A stretch of 64,000 bases of DNA from Scenedesmus sp. PABB004 (GCA_014905635.1 CM026547.1:1240001-1304000); one strand, 5' to 3'. Shown: positions 22,685 to 34,919, counted from the stretch's first letter. Notes: generated from the sequence alone by a model not told the origin. Numbers and translations: made by a program.

Positions 22685-25600
22685 ATGAAGTTTGGCAAGC
22701 GCCTCGCCGCCGAGGCGGCGCGCTGTTGGCCCGAGGCGTGCCTGGACTACAAGTCCATCAAGCGCGCGCTGAAGAATGACCTCGCCGCCGGCGGTGCGCG
22801 GCGGCGGCGGCGCGCGCCGCGCGCGCAGCGCAGCGCCCCGAGCTGCGCCGGCAGGCAGCCGACCTGCGCCCGCCCGCCCCCGCCGCGCCGCCGCGCCGCG
22901 CCGCGCCGCGCCGCAGACCCCGCGGCGCGCAGCTTCCTGGCGCAGCTCGTCAAGGAGCTCGCCAAGGTCTCGCGCTTCTATGTGGAGAAGGCAGAGGCCC
23001 TCGAGGTGCGCCTGCGCCGCGGCCGCCAGCGCGCAGCAGCGCGCGCCTGCGGCCAGCGCGCGCAGCACGCGCGCCGCGCCGGGGCCGCGCGCCCACACGC
23101 CCGCGCCGCGCCCGCCCCGCAGGCCGCGCTGGGTGAGCTCGCGGCGGCGGCGCCGCCGAGCGCCGAGGCGCTGGACGGCCTGCGCGCCCAGATCCGCGAG
23201 CTCATCAAGTTTGTCGCGCTGAACTACCTCGGCGTGGTCAAGGCGATCAAGAAGCGCAACCGCCACGCGCGCGTCGCGTTTGGCGACGCCGCCGCGCCGC
23301 ACGGCCTGCACGCGATGGACCTGCTGCGCAGCGAGGTGTTCTTCACCTCGCCCCGCCTCGCCGCGCTGTCGACGCGCGCGGAGCTGATGGCCGCGGGCGC
23401 GCCCGGCGCGGCCGGCGCGCCGGCGGCGGCGGCGAGCGCCGCGGCGGCCGCCGCGGCTGCGGGCGGCGTCGAGGCGGAGGACTACCTCTGCCCCATCTGC
23501 CTCGACGTGCTGCGCAGCCCCGTGGTGCTCACGTGCGCGCATCGCTTCTGCTGGGGCTGCCTCGTCGCGCACTGCGCGGCCATCACCGGCCCAGCGCGAG
23601 CGGCGCGCCCGCGGCGCCGGGCGGCGCGGCGCCGCCGCAGCAGGGCGGCGGCGCCGCCTGCTGTGGCGGCGGCGCGGCCTGCGAGCACGGCCAGCAGCAG
23701 CAAGCGGCGGAGCAGCAGCGCGCGGCTGACGAGCTGGACGGCGCGGGCGCCAGCCGCAGCAGCAGCACCAGCAGCAGCAGCGGCAAGGAGGGCCTCGTGG
23801 TGCTGGAGAAGCTCGTGGCGGCCGATGCGAGCGGCAGCGCTGGAGGCAGCGCGGGCGCGTGCGACGTGTACAACTGCCCCGTGTGCAGGCAGCCGCAGGT
23901 GCTGAGCATCGACAACATGGCGGTGGACCCCCAGCTGTCGCGCTTTGTGGACGAGCTGCGCCTGCGGCTCAAGCGCGGCGCGGACGGCCCCGGCAGCGCG
24001 GGCAGCGCGAGCAGCCGCAGCACGCTCAGCAGCGCGCCGCCCAGCCCGCGGTGCGCGCCCGGCAGCCGCACGAGCAGCGTCGCGAGCGTGGCGACGGAGG
24101 AGCCGGAGGAGGCCTTCCTGCTGCCCCGCCAGGCGCCGTGCCACGCTGGCCGGCTGACGGTGCTTCTCGACCTCGACGGCACGCTCGTGTCGTCCTACAC
24201 GCCCCGCCGCGCGCCCAAGCTGCCGTCCATGCGCACGCACCTCGTCGGCGTCGGGTCGGAGCTCAACCCCGGCGGCGTGTTCGTCGTCGAGCGCCCCGGG
24301 CTGGGCCAGTTCCTCGCGCAGCTCGCGCAGGTCGCCGAGGTCGTGGTCTTCACCGCCGGTGCGCGCGCCGCGCACGTCCCCGCGCCGCGCGCGCTGCGCG
24401 GCCGCGCGCCGCGCCCGCGTGCCGCGCTGCCCCGCGCCCACGCCCCCTCCCCCCCTCCCCTCCCTCCCCCCGCGCGCGCGCAGGCCTGGAGGACTACGCG
24501 TCGCCGATCATCGACGCCATCGACCCCGCGGGCACCATCTCGGGCCGCCTCTACCGCGGCGCCTGCACGCGCACGCCGCACCACCAGTGCGTCAAGGACC
24601 TCGCGCTCGTCGGCCGCCCCCTCAGCCGGACCGTGCTCGTGGACGACACGCCCCTGGCCTTCCTGCACCAGCCCGCCAACGGCGTGCCGGTGCTGGGCTT
24701 CCGCGGCGACCCCGACGACCGGCTGCTGCTCGAGGCGGTGCTGCCACTCCTGCAGGTGCGCGGCGGGGCTTCGGCGGCGGGGCTTTGCGTGGCTTTGCGG
24801 GGCTTTGTTGCACCCGCGTGGCTCGTGCACGCGGCATCTCCGGGCGGGATGCCTCGCCTCGCGTGATGCCGATCGTGGTGCTCGCTCGCACACGCGCCCG
24901 CGCCCTGCACGCGCTCCGCGCGCGCACCGCCTGCGCGCGCGGCGGTCGGCCCGGCATGCCGCTGTCTTCTTACGTGACGCGCGCCCTGGCCGCGCCCGCG
25001 CTGGGCGGCGCGGCCGGGGCGGGGCGATGCCGCGCGGGGGCCGTCGCTGGCGCGCAGCGGGCGCGCGGGCCCCGCGCCCTCGCGCCACGGTCGGGGCCGC
25101 TGATCACGCCCGTGCGTGCCCGTCGCACTGGCGGGGCTGCGACGCGCCGCCGCCGACCCGCCGCTCACGCGGCCCGCCGCCCGCCGCCCGCGCAGAACCT
25201 GGCCTCCGCGCCCGACGTGCGCAGCGTGCTCGAGCGGCGCTTCGCCATGTGCGACTGGTTCACGCGCAACGGCTACCCGCCCGAGGTGTGGGCGCCGCGC
25301 GCCGCCGGCGCGGAGCCGCAGCAGCCGGAGGTCGCGGCCGCGGACGCGGTGGTCGTCGTCGACGACGCGCCCGCGCTGGCCAAGGCCGGCGGCACGGTGC
25401 TGGTCTGCGACTTTGACAAGACGCTCACGTCCTGGGACGCGGGGGAGCGACTCGTGTCGGAGCTCGCGCCGGAGCTCGTGCCCTGGCTCGCGTCGCTCGA
25501 GCAGCCCGCCAACTTTGTGCCCATCACCAACGAGGTCCTCGCCGAGGTCGCGCGCCGCGGCGTCGGCCGCGACGCGCTGCTGACGCGCCTGCGGGCGCTC

Positions 25601-26188
25601 GGCGGCGAGCTGCCGCCCGCGACGGGCAAGCTGCTCGGCTGGGCGGCCGCGCGGGGCCTGCCGGTCAAGGTGCTCAGCGACTGCAACGCCGTGTTCATCC
25701 GAAACATCCTCGCCGGCGCGGGCCTCGGCGGCCTGCTGCAGCGCGGCGACGTCGAGCTCATCACCAACGCTGCCTGCTTCGAGCGCCTGCCTGGCGCCGG
25801 CGGCGCCGTCGGCCTCGGCGCAGCGCCCGGCGCGCGCGGCGGCGGCGCGCCGCCGACGCACAAGCTCGTGATCGCGCCGCGCCACGCCGGCGCGGCGCAC
25901 GGCTGCCCGCGCTGCCCCGCCAACCTGTGCAAGGGGCGCGAGATGGCGCGCCTGGTCGGCGCAGGGTACGCCAAGGTGGTCTACGCCGGCGACGGCGCGA
26001 ACGACATCTGCCCCGCGCTCGCGCTCGGGCCGGGCGACGTCGTGCTCGCGCGCGCGGGCGACGCGCTCGCGCGCTACGTCGCCGCCGCGGCGGCCGACCC
26101 GTCGCTCGCGCAGCTGCGCGCGCGCGTGTGCATGTGGTCGGACCACGAGCAGCTCGCGGCGCTCGCGATGCAGCACGCCGGCTGCTGA
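22685..26188 (+). CDS. Four-domain fusion: SPX - C3HC4 RING - FCP1/SCP (NIF) HAD phosphatase - PHOSPHO1/PECP-like HAD phosphatase
   Basis: SPX: MKFGK, LDYKSIKRALK, ELAKVSRFY, LNYLGVVKAIKK. RING: CPICLDVLRSPVVLTCAHRFCWGC...CPVCR. NIF: LLDLDGTLV, ERPGL, VFTAGLEDYASPIIDAIDP, RLYR, VKDL, VLVDD. PHOSPHO: VCDFDKTL, VLSDCNAVFI, HGCPRCPANLCKG, YAGDGANDICP. Introns 22794-22916, 23006-23122, 24359-24483 and 24756-25195; one apparent 1-nt frameshift at ~23590. Confidence 0.88.
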
Positions 26189-26880
26189 TCGGCGCTCCTG
26201 TGTGTGCTGTGTGCGATGAGCGCTTCCTGGGCTGGGGCTGGGGCTGGGCCCTGGCGTTGTATCAACAACAGAAGAAGCGCAACGTGCGGCTCGCCTGTGT
26301 GGGGGGGGGCCGCAACGGCCGCCCAGCTGCGACGCTGGGCGGCGCCCGCCCGCCCTACAGCGGCGGGGCAGCGCGAGGGCTGTGTGCGTGCGTGTGCGCG
26401 CGGGACCGATTGGTGGCGCAGTCGGGGGAGGCGGTGGGTGCTGCTGCTGGCATCGCGCGTCGACAGGGCCAGCGCCTCGCATTGAGGAGCGTTTTGCGCG
26501 TCGGACGCAGTGGTAATTGTCCATGGTGTACAGACCCCCCGCCGTTGAGTCACGATCGCGCCGCAGCCGGGCTGGGGAGAGGGGCCGCCACGCTTGCGCA
26601 GCGCGGCGGCAGTCTGCAGTCGTGACACGTCGAGGCGTCGACGCCGCGTCGCAAAGCCGAGCGCGCACGCCAGCGCGCTTGATTTGGGGGGGGGGTGGCA
26701 GTGCTCACAGTTTTTCACATGCTAGACATGGAGGTGCACACACACTGGTCACAACGTGGCCCCGTTTGCCAAAACACAAAAGTCGCCGCCGGCACGAGCG
26801 GCCGCCATCCTGCAGGCGGCGAGCAAGTCACGTGCCCGCCGGTCGCGCACGCCTGCTGCGCCGGCGCAGACTCCCGCCGC

Positions 26881-27271
26881 TCAGCCGCGGCTGCTGCCGG
26901 GCAGACCGCCGCCCTGGCTGGAAGCGGCCGACGCCGCGGCCACCTGCTCAAGCGGCAGCAGCGTCGGCGGAGCCAGCTTGTTCCTGGCCGTCAGCGGCCG
27001 CCACGGCAGCTGCCAGGACGGCGGCAGCGCGGGCTGGGCCTGCCGCTGCGCCTGCTGCTGCTGCGCCGCCGCGGCGGCCGCCGCGGCGTGCGCGGCGGCC
27101 TGCGCCGCCTGCAGCTGCGCCTGCAGCGACGTCTGCATCTGCAGGTCGCCCGAGGGCTCCGCGAGCAGCTGCAGCAGCGTGTCGACCAGCGCGTCAGACT
27201 CCATCGCGCCGACGGACATGAGCTCAGGCATGGCCGGCTCGCCGTCCAGCGCGGGCAGGGCGCGCTGGCCG

Positions 27272-27326
<55 letters not shown>

Positions 27327-30300
27327 TCGATGCCCGCGCGAGCTGCTCCCGCTGCAGGGACAGGAAGGGGTTGGGCGGCTCGTCGTCATCCTCGCCGCCA
27401 CCGCCGCCGCCGCCGCTGCCGTCAAACTCCTCCCACGGCGCGCCGCCGCCGTCGCGCAGCTCCAGCGGCTCGAGCGAGGGCGGCGCCGGCGCGCCGCTGC
27501 GGGGCTGCCAGGCCGCGGCGGCGCCGCCGTCGCGCGGCTCCGGCTGCTGCTCAGGCGCCTCCGTCATCTGCACGCTCTGCACCGTCTGCAGCGCCGGCGC
27601 AGAGGGAGCGCCGCCGTCGGCCGGGCCCGGCCGCGGGGCCGGGGCGGGTGCGAGCTGCTGCGGCAGCGCCAGCGACGCCGGCGGGCCCATGCAGTCGCCG
27701 GGGCCGCTGCACGCGGGCGCCTGCAGCGAGGCGCTGAAGGCGAGGCCGCCGTAGCGCGTCGCGCTCACGCCAGACGACGCGGGCGAGGCGCCCAGGAAGC
27801 CGGTGGAGACCTGCCAGCCGCCCGTGCCGCCGCCGGCGCCGGCGCCGCCGCCGCCGTGCTCGAGCTCCTCCCGCTGCAGCTGCGCGAGCGCCGCCGCGCG
27901 CGCCGCGCCGTGCCGGCTCGCCTGCGGCGCGCTCACGCTGCGGCCCAGGAAGCGGCGCGCCGCCTCGGCCGCGCTCACGACGGGCGGCGGCTGCATGCTG
28001 CCCGCGGCCGGCAGCCCGCCGCCGCGGCCGGCGACGGGCGGCTCGCCGCCGCTCGCGCCGCTCGCGGCGGCGCCGCCAAACTGGAAGCCCTCCATGATGG
28101 AGCTCGCCGGCCCCAGCAGCGAGCTGCCCTGCCCGCCGAGCAGCGAGCGCTGCGCAAGCATGGACGAGCCCGCGGGGCCCAGCACCGAGCCCTGGCCGCA
28201 CAGCCCGCCCGACGCCTGCAGGCCGAGGCTGGCGCCCAGGTGCAGCTCCGAGCCGCGGCCGGTGCCTGTGCTGCCGGAGAAGCTGTGCTGCTTGAGGTAC
28301 GCGCGGCCGCCCGCCGGGGGCGCCAGCGCGGCGCCGCCGTCGGCGGGGCCGGCCGGGTAGGTGCCCCAGCTGCTCAGGCCGGCGGCGGCGGGCTGCTGCT
28401 GCCAGGGCTGGTCAGACGCGCTCCAGCGCAGCGGCTCCAGCTGGCCGCCGCCCAGCTGCGACCAGGGGCCCTCCTGCTGCGACACGACCGCGCGGCCCGC
28501 CGCCGACGCGGACGCCGGCGACAGCACCACGCCGCCGCCGCCGCCGCCGGAGGCCCGCCGCGCGGCCGCGGCGAGGGAGATGTTGAGCCGCTTGCTGCGC
28601 GCCTTGGACGCGGCGCCCTCGTGCCCCGCGACCGCGCCGGAGCGGTCCGACGCGACGCGCAGCGAGCCGAAGCCGTCCTTGAGGCTGCCGCACGTGGCCT
28701 GGCTGCTCGTGGGGCCGGCCGCGGCGGCCGCCGCCGCGGCGCGGGCGCTGCCGCCGCTGCCGCGGCGGCCGCCGCCGCCGCCGCTGCCGCTCGAGTGGTC
28801 GGGGTCAAAGTCCTCGTCGCTGCCGTCGTCCTCGTCGTCGTCGTCCTCGTCGGACGAGTTGCGGCCGCGCTTCTTCTTGCGCGCCGCCGCGCCGCGGCGG
28901 CGCCGCGCGGCCGCGCCCGCGCCCGACGCGAGCGCGCGCCGGTTGCTGCTGCCGTTGCGGCTGAGCTGCCGCCCGGCGCGCCGCGCGCGCCGCCGCCGGG
29001 CGCGGGCCGGCCGTCGGTCTCGCCCTCGCCCGGCGCGAGCGCGCCGCCGCCGGCCTTGCCGCACGGCGGCGGCGGGCTGTCGGCGCCGCCGCCGCCCTCG
29101 CGCAGGCTGCCGACGATGACCTTGACGCAGCCCTCGTCCGGCAGCGCGCCCGCCCACATGGGCTCGGGCTCGCCGCCGCCGCGGCTCACCGCGACCGCGA
29201 GCGTCGTGCGGCAGCCGCCGCGGCGCTCAAACGTGATCGCGTCGCCGATCGCGAGGCGCTTGGCCTTGATGAACTCGCTCCACCCGCACGTGAGCCGCAG
29301 GTGGCGCTGCCCCGCGCACAGCACGCCCTCGTACGTGACCGGCCACACCGCGCCCTGCCCGTCCACGAGCTTCACCTGGACCTTGAACAGCATCTCGTAG
29401 CTGCGCGGCCCGCCGCCGCCGCGGCCGCCCGACGCGGACGCGCCGCCGGCCGCCGGCTTGGCCCTGCCGCCGCCGCGCGGCGCGTAGTCTGCGTCGTCGC
29501 CGGCGCCGCCGCCCGCCGCCGGCGGCGCCGCGCCCGTGCCGCCGCCGCCGTCGCCGCCGGGCGCGGCGTCGGCGGCGTGCGTGGCGGCCGACGCCGACGG
29601 CGCGCCGCGCGCGCCCGCGCGCTGGCTCGACGTGCGCACGCTGCCCTCCATGCGCGGCAGCAGGTGGTCAGACATGTACTGCGTGACGTTGAGGCGCTTG
29701 AGGTAGGTCTTGCAGCTGATCGCGCGCGTATGGCGCAGCGTCGCGCCCGCCGCGCCGGCGTGCGGCGCGGGCGCCGCGGCGGCGCGGCCGCCCGCGCGGC
29801 GGCCGCCCGCGCCTGCGCCTCCGCCGTCGTCGCCGCCGGCGCCGCGGGCGCCGCCGCCGTCGCCGTCCAGCGGCGCGGCGTCGTCGGCGGGCGGCAGCGG
29901 CAGCTCGCCGGTGACGGTGCGGCCGATCACGCTCGCGGACCGCTCGCCGGCGGGCGGGCCGGCCTTGGGCTCGGCGTTGCCGCCCGGCGCGTTTGCCGCC
30001 GCAGCCGCGGCAAACGCGCTGGCCGGCTCCTCGCCCGGCTCCGGCTTCGCCTGCAGCAGATTGCTCGGGTGCTGCGGCGCGACCGGCTGCGGCGGCGCCT
30101 CCGCCGCCGGCTCGTCGCCGCCCGGCGCGCCCGGCTCGCCGCCGCTGCCCGGCAGGGGCGAGGGCACGGGCGAGGCCAGCAGGGCGAGCAGGTCCAGCGA
30201 GGTCGTCGTGAAGAGCGCGGCGGGCTCGCCGCCGCCGGGCGCGGCGGCGGGCGCCGGCGGCTGCACGTGGGGCGCCTCGTCCGCGAGCGGGCCGGGCCGG

Positions 30301-30500
30301 GCCGCCGTCGCCGCGGCCGCCATGGACGACGAGGCGCCGGGTGCGGGGGGCGGCTCCGCGGCCGCTCCTAGTTTAGGGTGCGCCGGCTGCTCGCCGGGCT
30401 GGTCTGCCGAGCGCGGCGCGTCCAGCGAGCGCCGCGCCGCTGCTTGCTGCTGCGGCCCCGCTAGGCCGTCGTCGGAGCGCCGCGCGTCGCCGCCGAGCAT
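26881..30500 (-). CDS. B3 DNA-binding domain protein (putative transcription factor), mostly low-complexity; apparent frameshift at ~28975
   Basis: VKLVDGQGAVWPVTYEG...HLRLTCGWSEFIKAKRLAIGDAITFER is the B3 core (D-G--W...GW--F----L--GD---F). NLS-like RKKKRGR plus acidic DEDDDDEDD downstream in the adjacent frame. No clear introns; start codon uncertain. Confidence 0.75.
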
Positions 30501-31895
30501 GCTCCCGCGCGCGGGTGGCGGCCTGCGCGGCGCGCGCCGGCATCGTCCGCGTCCCGCCGGTCACGCCCTCCGGCTGCAGCACCAGCGCGCGGCAGCTCGG
30601 GGCTCCCTGCGCGGGCGGCGCGGCGCAGCGGCGGCGGCGGCAGCAGCGGCCGGCCGGTGAGGGGGCCGCGCCGGCGGGCTGGGGGCGCCCGCGGTCGCGC
30701 GCGCGGTGCGGGGGATGGAGGACCCCCCACAGAGCCTGGTGCGCCCTGCGACGGCCGCCACCGCGCGCCCAGGCGCCCGAAACCGCCCCATTATCCGACA
30801 GTCTGCGCGCCGGGCGCTCGCGCGCGCGCGGGGCCCGATCGAGCCCGGCACACCCTCCCAAACCGCTGGCAGCATCGCGCAGCGCGCAACGCCGGCGGTC
30901 CGGGGGCCAGGCGGGGCCTGGCGGGCGCACGGCGGGCGTGCATGCCGGCCGCGCCGCGCCGCGCCCCGGTGCGCGCGCACCCGCACCCTGGCGGGCCCGC
31001 TGTCGGCCTGATTGCGGCCCCGGGGTCTCACGGCACCGCCCGCGCGCCCGCCAGGGCCGGTCCCGGTCGCCGCGCGCCACCTTCGAGCGGCCCCCTTGGG
31101 CCGTGCCCAACCCGGCGCCGCGCGCTGGCCGCAGGCGCGGCGCGCCCGGTGGCTGCCACGGGGCCACCCGGATGCGGTTGCGTGTCCCCTGCCGCGCGGC
31201 GTGGCGGCCTCACCGCTCGCAGGTGGCGCGCAGCAGCTCCGCGAGGCGCGCGTCCGGCAGAACGGCGCGGCGCTGTCGCAGAGAGGTGAAGAGCCTTCAC
31301 GGAGGCTCAGGGCGATGCGGGCGGGGCGCGCATGCGGGCGATCGTGCTGTTCGCTGCTGCTGCCGGGCGCGGTGTGCCGGCGAGCGCGTGTGGGTGGGGC
31401 GGTGCCAGGCCGCAACAAGACTGCGCGCTGGAGCAGACGCCGGCGCGCCAGGCCGCGGGACGGCTGGCGGGAGCGCGGGTGGGTTCGCGTCACATGGGCC
31501 GGCACCGCGCTGGGCCGCGAACAGCGCGTGGGGGCGGTCCCCCACGGCCCAAATGTTCGGTGCATGGGGTCTCAGACCACGCCGCCAGCTCCCGCGCGCC
31601 GCGCGCCGCCGAGCGCCGCGCGCCGAGCGCTCATGCACGTCGCAGCGGCCGCCGCAGGCAGCACCTGCCTTGCGCACCCAGCCGTCGCAAGCCACGCAGG
31701 CCTGACGTCAGCCGGAGCACCGCGCCTGGGGGGGTCACCGGCGTCACCCGCACGGCCGCTGCTGCCGAGGGAGCCGGCCCAACGCTCGCCTCCGCCGCGC
31801 CTGCCTGAGGAGCCGGCCCAACGCCGTCAGTGGAGCGCACGTTGGGCCTTACAGGAGCGCCGTCAGTCGGTGGCGGCGGCGCGGAAGCGGCGCGG

Positions 31896-32845
31896 TCAGT
31901 GGTGGTAGGGCGCGCCCTTGAGGATGGTGTAGCCCCGGTACAGCTGCTCCGCGAGCACCACGTGCGCGACGCTGTGGTTGAGCACGAGCCGGCTCAGCCG
32001 GATGCTGTCGTCCGCGCGCGCCGACACGCCCGCGCCGTGGCCGTACGGCCCGCCCACCACGAAGCAGAGCGGCGTGCCGTCGTCGCCCGCGGCCGCGATG
32101 AGCCGCGCGACGTCTGCGCGGGCGGCGGCGGCGCGGGCGGCGGGGGCGGGCCGCTCACCGCTCACGCCAGCTCGGGGCCGCCCAGCGGCAGCGAGGCCTC
32201 GCAGGGGCCCGCGCGCACCTTCGCTGCTGACCTCGCGCCCCCGCTCGTCCAGCAGCACGACGCGCTCCCCGGGGGCGATGGCCTTGAGCACCTGCGGCGC
32301 GGCGCGGCGCGGCGCGGCGCGGCGCTCAGCCGGCCAGCCAGGCGGGGCGCGTACGCTCTAGTCTAGTCGCGCGCGCGACGCGCCCGCCGCGGGGCCGCCG
32401 CCCACTACCTTTTCAGCCTCGTCGTCCTTCTGCACCTGCGGCGACGACGCGCCGCGCGGGTTGGGCTTGATTGCCACCTCGCTCACGGCCGTGTACCTGC
32501 GGCGGCGCGCGGACGCGCGGCGCGGGGGCTCCCGGTGCTGCCGCGGGACCCACGCGGGCGCGGCAGCAGCCGCCGGCGGCCGCCGCGCCTGGCGAGCTTG
32601 TCGATCCACTCCGCGGCCATCGCCTGCGCGGCCTTGCTGTTGCCCTTGCTCACGCTGATGAGCTTGATGGGCATCGCACGCACGCTGCGCACCAGCTCCG
32701 CGCCGCCACCCGCCCGCGTGGCGGCGGCGGCGGCACGCGCGGCCGCGCCGCGTGCGCGCAGCGCGAGCCACGGCGCGGCCGCGGCTCGCCGGGCGGCGGA
32801 GCAGCCTGCGGTGGCCGCGCGCCCGCAGCCGCGCGCCAGCAGCAT
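31896..32845 (-). CDS. rlmH: RlmH-like SPOUT rRNA (pseudouridine-1915 N3) methyltransferase, organelle-targeted
   Basis: IKLISVSKG, VVLLDERGREVSSE, CFVVGGPYG, IRLSRLVLNH, VVLAEQLYRGYTILKGAPYHH*. Three introns, the first GC-AG (donor 32588). Arg/Ala-rich leader. Confidence 0.92.
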
Positions 32846-33215
32846 GGCGGCCCGGCGGGCGCGCCGGCGCCGCCTGCCGCCGCGCGGCGGCGGCTGCGCG
32901 CGGGCGGCGGCGGACGCGGCGGCGGCAGCGACGGCAGCAACGGCGCGGCGCGTGCCCGCGGCGGTCGCGAGGGCTGCGCCGGCGGTCGCGGCAGGAGCAG
33001 GAGGTCCTGGAGCGTGGGGCGTGACGCAGGGGAGAGCTCCAACCGTCCGCGACTGTGCCCGGCTGCTGAGGGCGGCGGCGTGCACGCGCCGGCGCCGCTG
33101 CCGAGAGCTTGAACCCCCGCTGCCTCGCCAGCTGCCCGCTCTGCTGGCGAGCGCGAGCCCAGCCGCGCGTCAGTGGCCCTCGCTTCCGCACCCAGCTCTG
33201 CGCCAGTCGCTCGCG

Positions 33216-34831
33216 ATGCAGGCGGGCCTGCGCGGCGCGGCCGCAGGCGCCGCCGCCGCCCAGGGGGCGCCGCAGCCCGGCGGGGGCGGGCCGTGCGTGC
33301 TGCCAGGCGCCAGGCAGCCGCACGCGCGCGCTGGCCCACCGCCGTTGCCCTGGCAGCGCGCCCCCGGCAGCGCAGCGCCGCCGGTGGCGGCGCGCTGCTG
33401 CCGCCGGCCGCCGCGCGCCCGCGCGGTCGCGCCGCGCGCCTGGTGGGGCGGCCAGCAGTCGGGCGGCAAGCTGTGGAGTGCGTGGCGCCGCGCTGCGTGG
33501 CGCGGCGCAGCGCGTGCGGGCGCCGCCGGCCGCAGCCGCACCGCCGGCCGACGCTTGCCGCGGCGCCGCACCGCCGCAGGCTACGACGGCTCGGCCGTGA
33601 AGCAGCTGAGCCTCCAAGAGGTGCAGCTGCTGCACCGGCTGTCGTTCGGGCACCGCAACCAGCGGTCGTACCTCATCGTGCTCTTCACGGCCGACTCGCC
33701 CGCCTGCCAGGCGTTTGAGCAGGAGGTGCGAGCACCTGGGGCCTGCGCGCGCGGGCCTGTGCGCAGCAGCTGTGGCAGGGTCGGTGGCGGTGGCGACAGG
33801 GGCAGCGACGGCGGCGGCCGAGCTCGCCGCCGCGACCGCTGGCGCAGGTGGAGCGCCTCGCCGCGGGGTTGGCACACGAGCGCGCGTTTGTCGCGGGCGC
33901 GCTGGACGTGTCGGGCGCGGCGGCGGCCGACTTTGCGCGCGACATGCTCGGCGTGCGCAGCGTGCCGGCCGTGCTGCTCTATCCTGAGGCCGCGCGCGGC
34001 TGCCTGCGCTTCCTGGGTGAGCGCGGCGCGCCGTGGGCGGCGCGCACGGGGGCGCGGCGCTTGTGGAGCGCCGTGCGGCGGGCTGACGCGCCCGCGCCGC
34101 CGCCGCCGCCGCGGTGTGCAAGGGCCCGACATGTCCGCGCCGGGCATGCTGGCGGCGATCAACAGCGCGCGCCGCGCCGCGCGGCCGCCCGCCAAGAAAA
34201 CCAAGACCACGCCGGCCAGCCCCGGCGCGGCGGCGTGGGAGCTGCGCGAGGCGGCGGTGCCGCTCGCCGCCACGGCCGTGCGCGCCGCGGCGGCGGGCGG
34301 CGGCCGCGAGGGCGCGGTCGCCGCGCTGGCGCAGCGCATGGCGCCGCTGACGCCCACGCCGCTGCCGGCGGTGCAGGTGCGACGCGCCGGGGGCGGCAGC
34401 GCGAGCAGGGGGCGGCGGCCGCGCGCGCGCCGCCGGCGGCGCGGCGCCGAATCCGCCCCGCGCGCGCGCGCGCCCGGCTCGCAGCGCTCGCACTGGGGGT
34501 CCGGCCGCGGCGCGCTGTGGGGCGGCATGCTGCTGGTGGCGCTGCTGTACCTGGCGTGGGACCTGCGCCTCGGCGACGCGTGGGAGGAGTGGTGCCTCGC
34601 GCGGCGGCAGCGCGAGCGTGCGGCGGGGCGGCGCTTCAGCGCCCAGGAAAACCTGGACGACGTGGCGGCGCTCATCCTGGGCGGCGGCGGCGGCGAGCAG
34701 CAGGCGCAGCAGCGGGCGCAGCGGCGGCCGGGCGGCGGTGCGCCGCTTCAGCAGGGGGAGCCGGGGGACGGGGGGCCGCCGGGCCCGCCGCCGCTGCCGA
34801 TGCGGCCGTCGGGCGGCGGCGGCTGGGAGCT

Positions 34832-34870
<39 letters not shown>

Positions 34871-34919
34871 GGGGAAGGAGCAGCAGGGGGCGCAGCAGCC
34901 GGGCGCGCCGCCGCCGTGA
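33216..34919 (+). CDS. Thioredoxin-fold protein with SPAC in place of CxxC, transit-peptide-like leader and C-terminal TM helix
   Basis: YLIVLFTADSPACQAFEQEVERLA...FARDMLGVRSVPAVLLYPE (cis-Pro loop). TM LWGGMLLVALLYLAW. About 4 introns. Confidence 0.6.

Noticed and set aside
26180..26290. Gly-Cys-TGA end of the SPX fusion as a possible selenocysteine motif
   Set aside because: The HAD domain is complete at that point, the next codon is not Gly-stop, and the downstream ATGA...stem lacks the GA quartet partner and spacing of a SECIS.
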